Below, piece after piece: positions 10,402 to 17,623 of a stretch of DNA of 53,132 bases (position 1 is the first letter of the stretch; every line of letters starts with the position of its first letter). The notes beneath the pieces are model-generated. The model saw only the letters and a list, made by a program, of their open reading frames with translations. It had not been told where the DNA came from and did no database searches. This stretch comes from a bacterium (GTDB lineage Bacteria; Patescibacteriota; Minisyncoccia; Phycocordibacterales; UBA9973), in assembly GCA_037132055.1 (NCBI GenBank), contig JBAXPX010000002.1, forward strand, positions 1 to 53,132, given 5' to 3'. A program made the position numbers and the translations under genes.

Positions 10402-10698
10402 ATGTTATGTACATTAGCGACTAATCCAAAACTTCAGAATCTCATAGGTTATGTGACCTGTATTATTAATAGTTCTGTTATTCCACTTATTTTAGCTTTA
10501 GCTATAGTCATGTTTGTCTGGGGAGTCGTACAATATGTTATAAATGATGCAGAAGAAGCTAAAAAAGAGAAGGGTAGAATGTTTATGTTATGGGGGATTA
10601 TAGGTATTACTGTTATGGTTTCAGTTTGGGGCTTGGTTGCAATTGTGGGCAATACTTTCAACCTAAATACGACTTTTGTTCCACAATTAAAACAATAG
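10402..10698 (+). CDS. VirB2/TrbC-like pilin-like protein, paralog 3
   Basis: Shares the core VWGVVQYVI..AEEAKKEKGR.FMLWGIIGI.VMVSVWGLV with paralog 4. Confidence 0.6.
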   Translation: MLCTLATNPKLQNLIGYVTCIINSSVIPLILALAIVMFVWGVVQYVINDAEEAKKEKGRMFMLWGIIGITVMVSVWGLVAIVGNTFNLNTTFVPQLKQ

Positions 10699-10722
10699 TT
10701 TGTTTTTTTTTATATTTACATA

Positions 10723-10731
10723 TGGTATAAT
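10723..10731 (+). promoter_or_regulatory. Extended -10 promoter element (TGgTATAAT) ahead of pilin paralog 4
   Basis: The sequence tggtataat lies in the 133-nt gap between paralogs 3 and 4. Confidence 0.35.
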
Positions 10732-10831
10732 TGTCGCATAGTTCTTTTTAAAAAGTTAGTATTATTAATATTATTAGGTCGTTTTTTAAGGTTTTATTAT
10801 TAGTTTTCTCGCTTATGGCGGGATAAAAATT

Positions 10832-11227
10832 ATGAAAAAGCAATTAATCGTATTATCAAGTTTAGGATTAGTATTAGCACCACTTTTTGTATTTGCTCAA
10901 AACTTTGCACAATGTGGCAGCACTCAGATGGGGATTGGAGCAGTTTTATGTAAAATTGCATCTATACTAAATACAATTATACCTATAATAGTTGTCTTGG
11001 GTGTTGTGTATTTTGTTTGGGGAGTTGTGCAATATGTCATCTCAAGTGATGAAGAAGCAAAGAAAACAGGCAGGATGCGAATGCTTTATGGAATAATCGG
11101 ACTTGTTGTTATTGTTGGTATGTGGGGTCTTGTAAGAATAGTAACGAATACTTTTGATCTAAATAACACACAACAGGGACTTAATCCTCCTTGTGTTACG
11201 GGCACACCAGGGTGTATGCCACAATAG
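10832..11227 (+). CDS. VirB2/TrbC-like pilin-like protein, paralog 4
   Basis: Signal peptide (...FVFA/QN), Cys pair, VWGVVQYVISSDEEAKKTGRMRMLYGIIGL core, and a Cys-containing C-terminal tail. Confidence 0.6.
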   Translation: MKKQLIVLSSLGLVLAPLFVFAQNFAQCGSTQMGIGAVLCKIASILNTIIPIIVVLGVVYFVWGVVQYVISSDEEAKKTGRMRMLYGIIGLVVIVGMWGLVRIVTNTFDLNNTQQGLNPPCVTGTPGCMPQ

Positions 11228-11233
11228 TTTATT

Positions 11234-11566
11234 ATGGATTTATTCTTTACAAACGTAGCTTATGCTAGCGTCGATACTGTGATCGCGAGTATTAATAGGC
11301 AGATAATAAATCCTCTTATTTTATTGCTTTTTGCTCTCGCACTTGTTTATTTTCTTTATGGGGTGTTTGAGTTTATTGCAAATCAGTCAAGCGAAGAGAG
11401 CAAAACGGATGGCAAAAAACACATGATATGGGGAATTATAGGTATTACTATTATGATGGGAGTGTTTTCAATTATGAATATAATTATAAACACTCTTAAT
11501 ATAGAAGGTATAAATCCAGAACAAGGAACAGTTCGGCTAAATGAATACGATCCGCCTACGCGTTAG
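11234..11566 (+). CDS. VirB2/TrbC-like pilin-like protein, paralog 5
   Basis: Same helix-loop-helix core (LYGVFEFIANQSSEESKTDGKKHMIWGIIGITIMMG). Confidence 0.55.
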   Translation: MDLFFTNVAYASVDTVIASINRQIINPLILLLFALALVYFLYGVFEFIANQSSEESKTDGKKHMIWGIIGITIMMGVFSIMNIIINTLNIEGINPEQGTVRLNEYDPPTR

Positions 11567-11592
11567 TCTTTACTGAATGTATTATAAAACAG

Positions 11593-11620
11593 ATCCCCTA
11601 CAAGAGGGGATTTTGTTTTT
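11593..11620 (+). terminator. Rho-independent terminator after the pilin array
   Basis: Hairpin atcccct-acaag-aggggat followed by ttttgttttt. Confidence 0.65.
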
Positions 11621-11679
11621 GTGTAAATGAAAAACAGTCAATCGAGTGAACGACTAACTGTTTTGATTATTTTTGTCAA

Positions 11680-12168
11680 CTACCAATAGTTGTAAATTTC
11701 AACTCCGAGAGTTTTAGATTCTTCGGGGTAAAAGATGTACACCCCGTCTGGTTGGTACCCAACGTATTTATATACCCCGGGTTTAAAAATGAAAGTCATA
11801 TTATCAGGGGTTTTCATTTTTACGTTACCTCCCCTTGGGTAACATTTCCACCCAGCCTTTAAATAGACTGTGAACCCCTTTCCTCCTTCGAAAGGAAAAT
11901 ACTTAGGGATCTTTTGTTTTTGGGGAGGTGGACACAGTCTAATGACTGTGTTTTCCTCGCCGGAACCTTCACGGCTATCTGATGATGGGGGCAGGGAAAT
12001 AAATATCAGCCCCAAAATCAAAAGAACTCCCAGCCACACGAACCGGCGGTATCCGTGTGTAAAAAAATTCTGTACGCCACGTGCTCTTCTGCGAGCACTT
12101 TCAACCAGCCATATGATTATATTGCTTAATATAATCACACAGATGATAAAAATAAAAATATTGATCAT
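11680..12168 (-). CDS. Hypothetical N-terminally anchored protein
   Basis: 162 aa with two hydrophobic segments near the N-terminus and an aromatic-rich C-terminal domain. No family recognised. Confidence 0.45.
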   Translation of the reverse strand: MINIFIFIICVIILSNIIIWLVESARRRARGVQNFFTHGYRRFVWLGVLLILGLIFISLPPSSDSREGSGEENTVIRLCPPPQKQKIPKYFPFEGGKGFTVYLKAGWKCYPRGGNVKMKTPDNMTFIFKPGVYKYVGYQPDGVYIFYPEESKTLGVEIYNYW

Positions 12169-12227
12169 ATTACCTCCGTTTTTTTATGTAAATAACTTTA
12201 TTGTCTGTATTAAGTATAGCACAAAAC

Positions 12228-12263
12228 AAAGAAAAAGTCAACCATATGGTTGACTTTTTCTTT
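12228..12263 (-). terminator. Perfect 36-nt palindrome, likely terminator of the 12277-12780 gene
   Basis: aaagaaaaagtcaaccat/atggttgactttttcttt; T-rich on the minus strand downstream. Confidence 0.55.
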
Positions 12264-12276
12264 AATAAGTTGATTT

Positions 12277-12780
12277 TTAAGCGTGCTTTAGTGGTTTGGC
12301 TTTATATTTATCACCTACATAGATTTTTCTCCATAATATTATTATAAATAAAATCAATATTAAGACGAAAAACCACTGAAGAAAGGTTGATGGCATAAAC
12401 CCATTTGAACCAAATAAGGCATTGGCAGATAAATCATATTTAGAATTCTCGGTTGAATTATCGCTTGAATTGTCAGTATTTTTTGATACGGTTATGTTTT
12501 TTGTTTTTGTTGTAGTGTTTGTTTTTGTAGTATTATTTTGTTGAGCAGTATGATAATTGTAATAATCTCGCATTGTAGTATTTATATTTCCACAACCTAC
12601 GAAATTGCCATAATTATCTAAGTCAGTTTCACAACCTATATAATTTCCATTTACCCAACCAACGTAATAATAAGCGCTAGCATTGTTTGGCAGAGAGTAA
12701 AAGGCCAAAAAAGTGAATAGAATTAGGCCAGAAAATATTAAATTGTTTTTTATATTTTTCATACCCTCATAGTATAGCAT
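12277..12780 (-). CDS. Hypothetical secreted protein with Asn/Thr-rich low-complexity linker and C-terminal TM helix
   Basis: Signal-like N-terminus (...NNASA/YYY), NNTTKTNTTTKTKN tract, and C-terminal helix FFVLILILFIIILW. Confidence 0.45.
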   Translation of the reverse strand: MLYYEGMKNIKNNLIFSGLILFTFLAFYSLPNNASAYYYVGWVNGNYIGCETDLDNYGNFVGCGNINTTMRDYYNYHTAQQNNTTKTNTTTKTKNITVSKNTDNSSDNSTENSKYDLSANALFGSNGFMPSTFLQWFFVLILILFIIILWRKIYVGDKYKAKPLKHA

Positions 12781-12844
12781 ATTGGAATATAAAAGTCAAG
12801 CCCTAAAATAGAGTATAAAAAGGGTTAAGTAGGTTGTGTGTTTG

Positions 12845-12928
12845 TGCCGAGGGGGAGACTTGAACTCCCATGAGATTACTCTCGCTTGCTCCTAAGGCAA
12901 GTGCGTCTGCCAATTTCGCCACCTCGGC
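12845..12928 (-). tRNA. tRNA-Leu (anticodon UAG)
   Basis: Manual cloverleaf: acceptor gccgagg/cctcggc, anticodon stem cttgc/gcaag with loop cuUAGga, long variable arm, T-loop ttcaagt. No encoded CCA. Confidence 0.88.
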
Positions 12929-12976
12929 ATGTAAAAACAATATGACAATTAAAAAATTTATACAATTTTTTAATTG

Positions 12977-13049
12977 TCCGCCCTGAAGGGATCGAACCTT
13001 CGACCTTATCCTTAAGAGGGATCTGCTCTACCAGCTGAGCTAAGGGCGG
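12977..13049 (-). tRNA. tRNA-Lys (anticodon CUU)
   Basis: Manual cloverleaf: U8, D-arm gctc-agctggta-gagc, anticodon loop cuCUUaa, T-arm gaagg-ttcgatc-ccttc, acceptor ccgccct/agggcgg (C1-G72). No encoded CCA. Confidence 0.85.
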
Positions 13050-13069
13050 ATAAAAATTATTAAGTTGTG

Positions 13070-13153
13070 TGCCCAAGGTGGGAATCGAACCCACACGACC
13101 TTGCGGTCACGAAATTTTAAGTCTCGCGCGGCTACCAATTACGCCACTTGGGC
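13070..13153 (-). tRNA. tRNA-Leu (anticodon UAA)
   Basis: Acceptor gcccaag/cttgggc, anticodon loop cuUAAaa, long variable arm (gaccgcaaggtc), T-loop ttcgatt. No encoded CCA. Confidence 0.88.
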
Positions 13154-13183
13154 TTTAAAATATTATATGGCATCTCTGCCATG

Positions 13184-13255
13184 AGGCCTGGGGCGGAATT
13201 GAACCGCCGCATAGAGATTTTGCAGATCTCTGCCTTACCACTTGGCTACCAGGCC
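13184..13255 (-). tRNA. tRNA-Cys (anticodon GCA)
   Basis: Acceptor ggcctgg/ccaggcc, anticodon stem gagat/atctc with loop cuGCAaa, T-arm ggcgg-ttcaatt-ccgcc, discriminator U. Confidence 0.88.
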
Positions 13256-13267
13256 TTACTATTCATA

Positions 13268-13591
13268 TTACTTTCTCCTTAGCAATTCGTCAATTTTTTG
13301 TCTGTTTTTTTCACCACTGTCTATTTCAAAATCTATAAAAGGAATGATCTTTGTTTTCATGTTTTTTTTAAGGTAATCTCTCAACTCAGTTCTTTTTCTT
13401 TTTGTAAATTCTAATGCGTCATGTTCTTTTGATTCTGGTAATACTGTTATAAATATAGTGCCTCTTTTCAAATCAGGAGACGTTGTGCAAGATGTGACAG
13501 TTATAAGAGAGGTACGATTATTTTCACGTCCAAGAAAATTAGCTGATAGCTCCTTTATAAGATTCGCAACCTTGTCATTTCTGTTTGTCAT
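13268..13591 (-). CDS. rbfA: Ribosome-binding factor A
   Basis: 107 aa with an RbfA-like pattern (R..KVANLIKE.....L.......ITVT.......DLK...IF.T). Its start overlaps the infB stop (ATAATG-type coupling), matching the conserved infB-rbfA order. Confidence 0.8.
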   Translation of the reverse strand: MTNRNDKVANLIKELSANFLGRENNRTSLITVTSCTTSPDLKRGTIFITVLPESKEHDALEFTKRKRTELRDYLKKNMKTKIIPFIDFEIDSGEKNRQKIDELLRRK

Positions 13592-15126
13592 TATTTTTGT
13601 ATTACGCTAAAGGATTCAATCATGTCACCTTGAGCGACTTCTGTTTTTGATTCTATCATCATACCAAACTCCATTCCTTCTTCAACCTCAGAAATTTTTG
13701 ACTTACCTTTTTCTAAGTTTACAATTTTTCCAGTTCCTATTTCAAAATCTCGACGTAAAATCCTAACAACTCCTGAAAGAGTTATTTTGCCTTGTATTAC
13801 TTTTCCTCCCAATATTTGACGTTCTTTTGTGCGACTAAAAGTTTTTAGTATTTTAGCTTTTCCTGTGATTTCTACTGTTTCTACTTTCAGTCTTCTTTTT
13901 TCTAGTTCTTCTTTCAAATATTCAGTCATTTTGTATATTATGTCGAAGAACGAAATACTAATCCCTCTTTTTTCAGCTAGTTCTATAGCACTTTTGTCTG
14001 CTTTTACATTAAATCCTATAACGATAGCATCTTTGCATGAGGCGATAGATTTTATGTCTGTTTCGCTTATTGGTCCAGCGCATTTTTGGATTATTCTATA
14101 TTCTGTGTTTTCAGTTTTTATTTTTTTGATTTCTTTTTCAATTGCTTCGATCGAACCAGCTACATCTGTTTTTATGATTATAGGAATTATTTTTTTATTT
14201 GGATCTTCTTCAGTTGAGATTTGTTCGCAGACTGTTTTTATATCACAATTATTTGCACAACCCTCTGCCTCACTTTTTGTTTTGAAAGATTTAAACACAG
14301 CTCCAGTTCTAGGCATTTTATCGAACCCAACAAGTCTAATTGGGGAAGAAAAGGTAGCTTCTTCTATCGTTTTGCCTAAGAAATTTTCTATTATACGAGT
14401 AGAACATATGGCGTTTTCTGCTACTACAGTCATTCCTTTTTTTATAGAACCATTTTTTATGATGAGCGTTGCTTGAATTCCTCGTCTTGGATCGAGGTCT
14501 GATTCTATCACAAAACCAGAAGCATTTTCTGATGGGTTTCCTGTAAAGTTTTCCATTTCGGCAATAATATTTATTAAATCTAGCAGGTCATCTATTCCTT
14601 CGCCTGTTTTTGCAGAGATTAAAACAAACGGTATTTTACCACCATAATTTTCTAGATAGATTTCATTTTCTGCCAATTCTATTTTTGTTTTTTCAATATT
14701 AGCACCAGGTCTGTCTATTTTATTTATTGCTACGATACATGGTATTTTATTTTCTGCTATTGTTTTCCAAGCTTCGATAGTTTGAGGCATTACGCCATCT
14801 TCTGCTGACACTATCAAAATAGCGATATCTGCAATCATTGCTCCGCGTTCACGCATTTTAGAAAAAGCCTCATGTCCGGGGGTATCAAGAAATGTTATTT
14901 TGCTTTCTTTCCCGGTTTTTTCTTTTTGAGTAACTTCATAAGCTGCGATATGTTGAGTTATTCCGCCTGCTTCTCTGTCGACAATGTTTGTTTTTCGAAT
15001 GTAGTCCAGTAATGTTGATTTACCATGATCGATATGACCCATCACTACTACCACTGGAGGTCGTGCCAGCGTTTCTTTGACTGATGGTTTACCCATCATA
15101 TTTTTTTTGTCATTTATTTTACTCAT
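13591..15126 (-). CDS. infB: Translation initiation factor IF-2 (short form lacking the long N-terminal region)
   Basis: G-domain GHIDHGKSTLLD, DTPGHEAF, NKID, followed by the domain II-IV pattern; 511 aa. Confidence 0.92.
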   Translation of the reverse strand: MSKINDKKNMMGKPSVKETLARPPVVVVMGHIDHGKSTLLDYIRKTNIVDREAGGITQHIAAYEVTQKEKTGKESKITFLDTPGHEAFSKMRERGAMIADIAILIVSAEDGVMPQTIEAWKTIAENKIPCIVAINKIDRPGANIEKTKIELAENEIYLENYGGKIPFVLISAKTGEGIDDLLDLINIIAEMENFTGNPSENASGFVIESDLDPRRGIQATLIIKNGSIKKGMTVVAENAICSTRIIENFLGKTIEEATFSSPIRLVGFDKMPRTGAVFKSFKTKSEAEGCANNCDIKTVCEQISTEEDPNKKIIPIIIKTDVAGSIEAIEKEIKKIKTENTEYRIIQKCAGPISETDIKSIASCKDAIVIGFNVKADKSAIELAEKRGISISFFDIIYKMTEYLKEELEKRRLKVETVEITGKAKILKTFSRTKERQILGGKVIQGKITLSGVVRILRRDFEIGTGKIVNLEKGKSKISEVEEGMEFGMMIESKTEVAQGDMIESFSVIQK

Positions 15127-15585
15127 TTATTTTACGGTTGCTTTTTGTAGTGCCTCTTTTTCTTCTTCTGTTAATTCATAATCGGATTTTCCACTCTTGA
15201 TTGGTTTTGCAAACATACTCATTCTTTCGCGTGAATACAAACTAGAGAGAACGACGCCGTCATTGTCTTCATTTAAAATTCCAATTGCGAAACTTTGATT
15301 ACTTCCTTGATCAGGAAATGGATTAAAGCGTATCGTCTCGAGCCCGCGGATACTCTTTTTAAGTTTTCCGTTTATCGTTGCCAATTCTTTCTCTGTATTT
15401 TCTTTTGATTTTTTTAGTTTTTCTATATTTTCTTCCAAAACGATAATCGTGTCTTCCAGGTCCTTTGCTTTTTTGCCTAGAAAAAATCTTTTAAGACGTT
15501 TTTCTGTTGTAATAACCCAGATAACATCAAGTAAAATAATGATTCCGATGAAAATAAAAAAACCTATTTCGAGCTTTGTATTCAT
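15127..15585 (-). CDS. DUF4446-family protein (N-terminal TM, coiled coil)
   Basis: IRFNPFPDQGSNQSFAIGILNEDNDGVVLSSLYSRE..MFAKPI..G.S...LTEEEKEAL matches the remembered DUF4446 pattern. It lies immediately upstream of infB. Confidence 0.6.
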   Translation of the reverse strand: MNTKLEIGFFIFIGIIILLDVIWVITTEKRLKRFFLGKKAKDLEDTIIVLEENIEKLKKSKENTEKELATINGKLKKSIRGLETIRFNPFPDQGSNQSFAIGILNEDNDGVVLSSLYSRERMSMFAKPIKSGKSDYELTEEEKEALQKATVK

Positions 15586-15609
15586 ATTGTTTCATATTAT
15601 ACTATATCG

Positions 15610-16800
15610 ATGTTAAAATCAAAGGGTAAATTAAATTTACCAAGTAAAACCAAAGCGTCAGCGGGGAAGGTATATATGGATTATGCAGCTTCTTTTTTAC
15701 CAAATCCAAGTTCAATACATTCTCTCGGGATAGAAGCAAAAAGTAGACTTGAAAATGCCAGGAAAGAGGTGGCAAACATTTTATCGACTATCCCAGAAAA
15801 TGTGATTTTCACAAGTGGTGGTACTGAAAGCAATAACTTGGCCATACAGGGTGTTGTTTTTGCCTGGGTTTTAGATAAAAGAGAAAAAAAAATACCACAT
15901 ATTATAACAACAAACATTGAGCATCCTTCAGTATTGGAGACTTTTAAATTGTTGGAGAAAAGAAATCTAGTACAAATATCTATTGTGTCAGTCGAACCAA
16001 ATGGAATAGTAGATCCTAAAAAGATAAAAAAAGAAATAAAGGATAATACTGTACTTGTTTCGGTAATATATGCCAATAATGAAATTGGCACAATACAACC
16101 AATTAAAGAAATTGCAAAAGAAATTAGGCATTTTAAAAAAAACAACAGGCAAGGCCTGTTTCCGCTTTTTCATACAGATGGAGTACAAGCAGCGAATTAT
16201 TTGGATTTAAACGTAGAGAAACTTGGAGTGGATTTGCTTGCTCTTTCTAGCTCAAAGATCGAAGGGGGAGGACGCGTTGGGGTACTTTATAAAAGAAAAA
16301 ATGTACCGCTTGCAAATATTTTTGGTGGGGGAGACCAAGAGATGGGCTTACGTCCGGGAACAGAAAATCTAGAAGAAATCTTGAAATTTTCTAGTGCTTT
16401 AAAATTAGCATATAAAATGAAAGAAAATGAAAACAAAAGGTTGTTAATATTGAAAGATTATTTTATTAAAAAATTATTAAACTTAGATCCCGATATAAAA
16501 ATAAATGGAGATTTAATAAATAGATTGCCAAATAATATAAATATTACAATTCCAAATATTCCGAGTGACCTTTTAGTGATAGAGCTTTCAGCTTACGGAA
16601 TCATGGTTTCTTCAAAAAGTGCTTGCAAGAGTTCCAGTAAGGAAGGTTCATATGTAATAAAAGCAATACATCCAGAAATTGATTCCGAAATCGGGGGTTT
16701 GCGTTTTTCTTTGGGCAGAAGTACAACAAAAAAAGATATTGATTTTACTTTAAAAACTTTATCTAAAATTTTGAAAAAATTAGGAAAGTGGTATAATTGA
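15610..16800 (+). CDS. Cysteine desulfurase (class V aminotransferase, NifS/IscS-like)
   Basis: VYMDYAAS..., FTSGGTESNN, PLP-lysine region SSSKIEGG, active-site SSKSACKSS. The first ~20 aa may be a start-codon over-extension. Confidence 0.85.
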   Translation: MLKSKGKLNLPSKTKASAGKVYMDYAASFLPNPSSIHSLGIEAKSRLENARKEVANILSTIPENVIFTSGGTESNNLAIQGVVFAWVLDKREKKIPHIITTNIEHPSVLETFKLLEKRNLVQISIVSVEPNGIVDPKKIKKEIKDNTVLVSVIYANNEIGTIQPIKEIAKEIRHFKKNNRQGLFPLFHTDGVQAANYLDLNVEKLGVDLLALSSSKIEGGGRVGVLYKRKNVPLANIFGGGDQEMGLRPGTENLEEILKFSSALKLAYKMKENENKRLLILKDYFIKKLLNLDPDIKINGDLINRLPNNINITIPNIPSDLLVIELSAYGIMVSSKSACKSSSKEGSYVIKAIHPEIDSEIGGLRFSLGRSTTKKDIDFTLKTLSKILKKLGKWYN

Positions 16801-16803
16801 GTT

Positions 16804-17577
16804 ATGGATGTCAAAGAATTAAATAAATCACAACTTATAATGCTTGCGTTATTGCTTAGTTTCGTTACTTCTATAGCCACGGGGATAACTACTGTGACTT
16901 TAATGCAACAAGCTCCAGCTTCTGTTACTGTCCCGATAAATCGCATAGTCAGACAAACAGTTGAGAAGATTGTCCCTGGCGAAACGACAAACACAGTACA
17001 AACAGTTGTTATAAAAGAAGAAGATCTAGTAGTAGATGCAATTGCTAAAAATCAAGCAGCTTTATTTTCAATAAGTAAAGAAGGATTAAATGAAACTGGG
17101 GAAACTGTTGAAATAAGTGCAGGTAAAGGGCTAGCGATTTCCACAGACGGTATTATTGTAGTTGATGCGGCACTTGTGCCAGACAAAGGAGTTTACTATG
17201 TAAAGAATGACAGTGGAAAATTCAAAGCTGATTTTTTGTCGACAGACAAACTTGGATTTTCGTTTCTTAAAATCGGAGCTCCGCTTGATGAAAAAAATAA
17301 ATTAACATATACAGTCCCTACTTTTGGAGATTTAAATAAAATGAAAATCGGACAGAAGATAATAGTTTTAGGTAGTTCGATCTCTTCTTTTATTTTTGAT
17401 GGTTCAAATGATTTAAAATTAAGCGGTGCAAAATCCAATGCCGGGGCTCCAGTTTTAGATCTCGATGGTAATGTTTTAGGGATAGCACTATCTGGTGATA
17501 CGGCTTCTTTTGTTCAAATTTCAAATATTACTGATGCTTTGAAATCGGCTATTGTGCCTATTGTAAAAGCTCAATAA
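16804..17577 (+). CDS. Membrane-anchored trypsin-fold (HtrA-like) domain protein, probably catalytically inactive
   Basis: N-terminal TM. SNAGAPVLDLDGNVLGIAL aligns to the protease motif GNSGGPL...G.viGI with Ser replaced by Ala. Confidence 0.5.
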   Translation: MDVKELNKSQLIMLALLLSFVTSIATGITTVTLMQQAPASVTVPINRIVRQTVEKIVPGETTNTVQTVVIKEEDLVVDAIAKNQAALFSISKEGLNETGETVEISAGKGLAISTDGIIVVDAALVPDKGVYYVKNDSGKFKADFLSTDKLGFSFLKIGAPLDEKNKLTYTVPTFGDLNKMKIGQKIIVLGSSISSFIFDGSNDLKLSGAKSNAGAPVLDLDGNVLGIALSGDTASFVQISNITDALKSAIVPIVKAQ

Positions 17578-17623
17578 CTCTTCATTAGGTTTTCATTTTA
17601 CTCTGATACTAATATAAAAAAAT

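Noticed and set aside
12876-13094. 72-aa minus-strand ORF.
   Set aside because: It lies entirely across the tRNA-Leu, tRNA-Lys and tRNA-Leu genes and their spacers, so it is an artefact.
12781-13267. Integrase, prophage or genomic-island boundary at the tRNA cluster.
   Set aside because: No integrase-like ORF or duplicated tRNA 3-prime segment is visible within the window. Only the weaker 'accessory islet' idea is kept as a low-interest finding.
13829-14476. 215-aa plus-strand ORF.
   Set aside because: It is antisense to the well-conserved infB G-domain and domain II. Its Ser/Phe/Ile-rich composition is typical of antisense to Lys/Glu-rich AT-rich genes. The same reasoning applies to the other internal antisense ORFs in gyrA, clpB, mgtA, typA, alaS, rpsA and the desulfurase.
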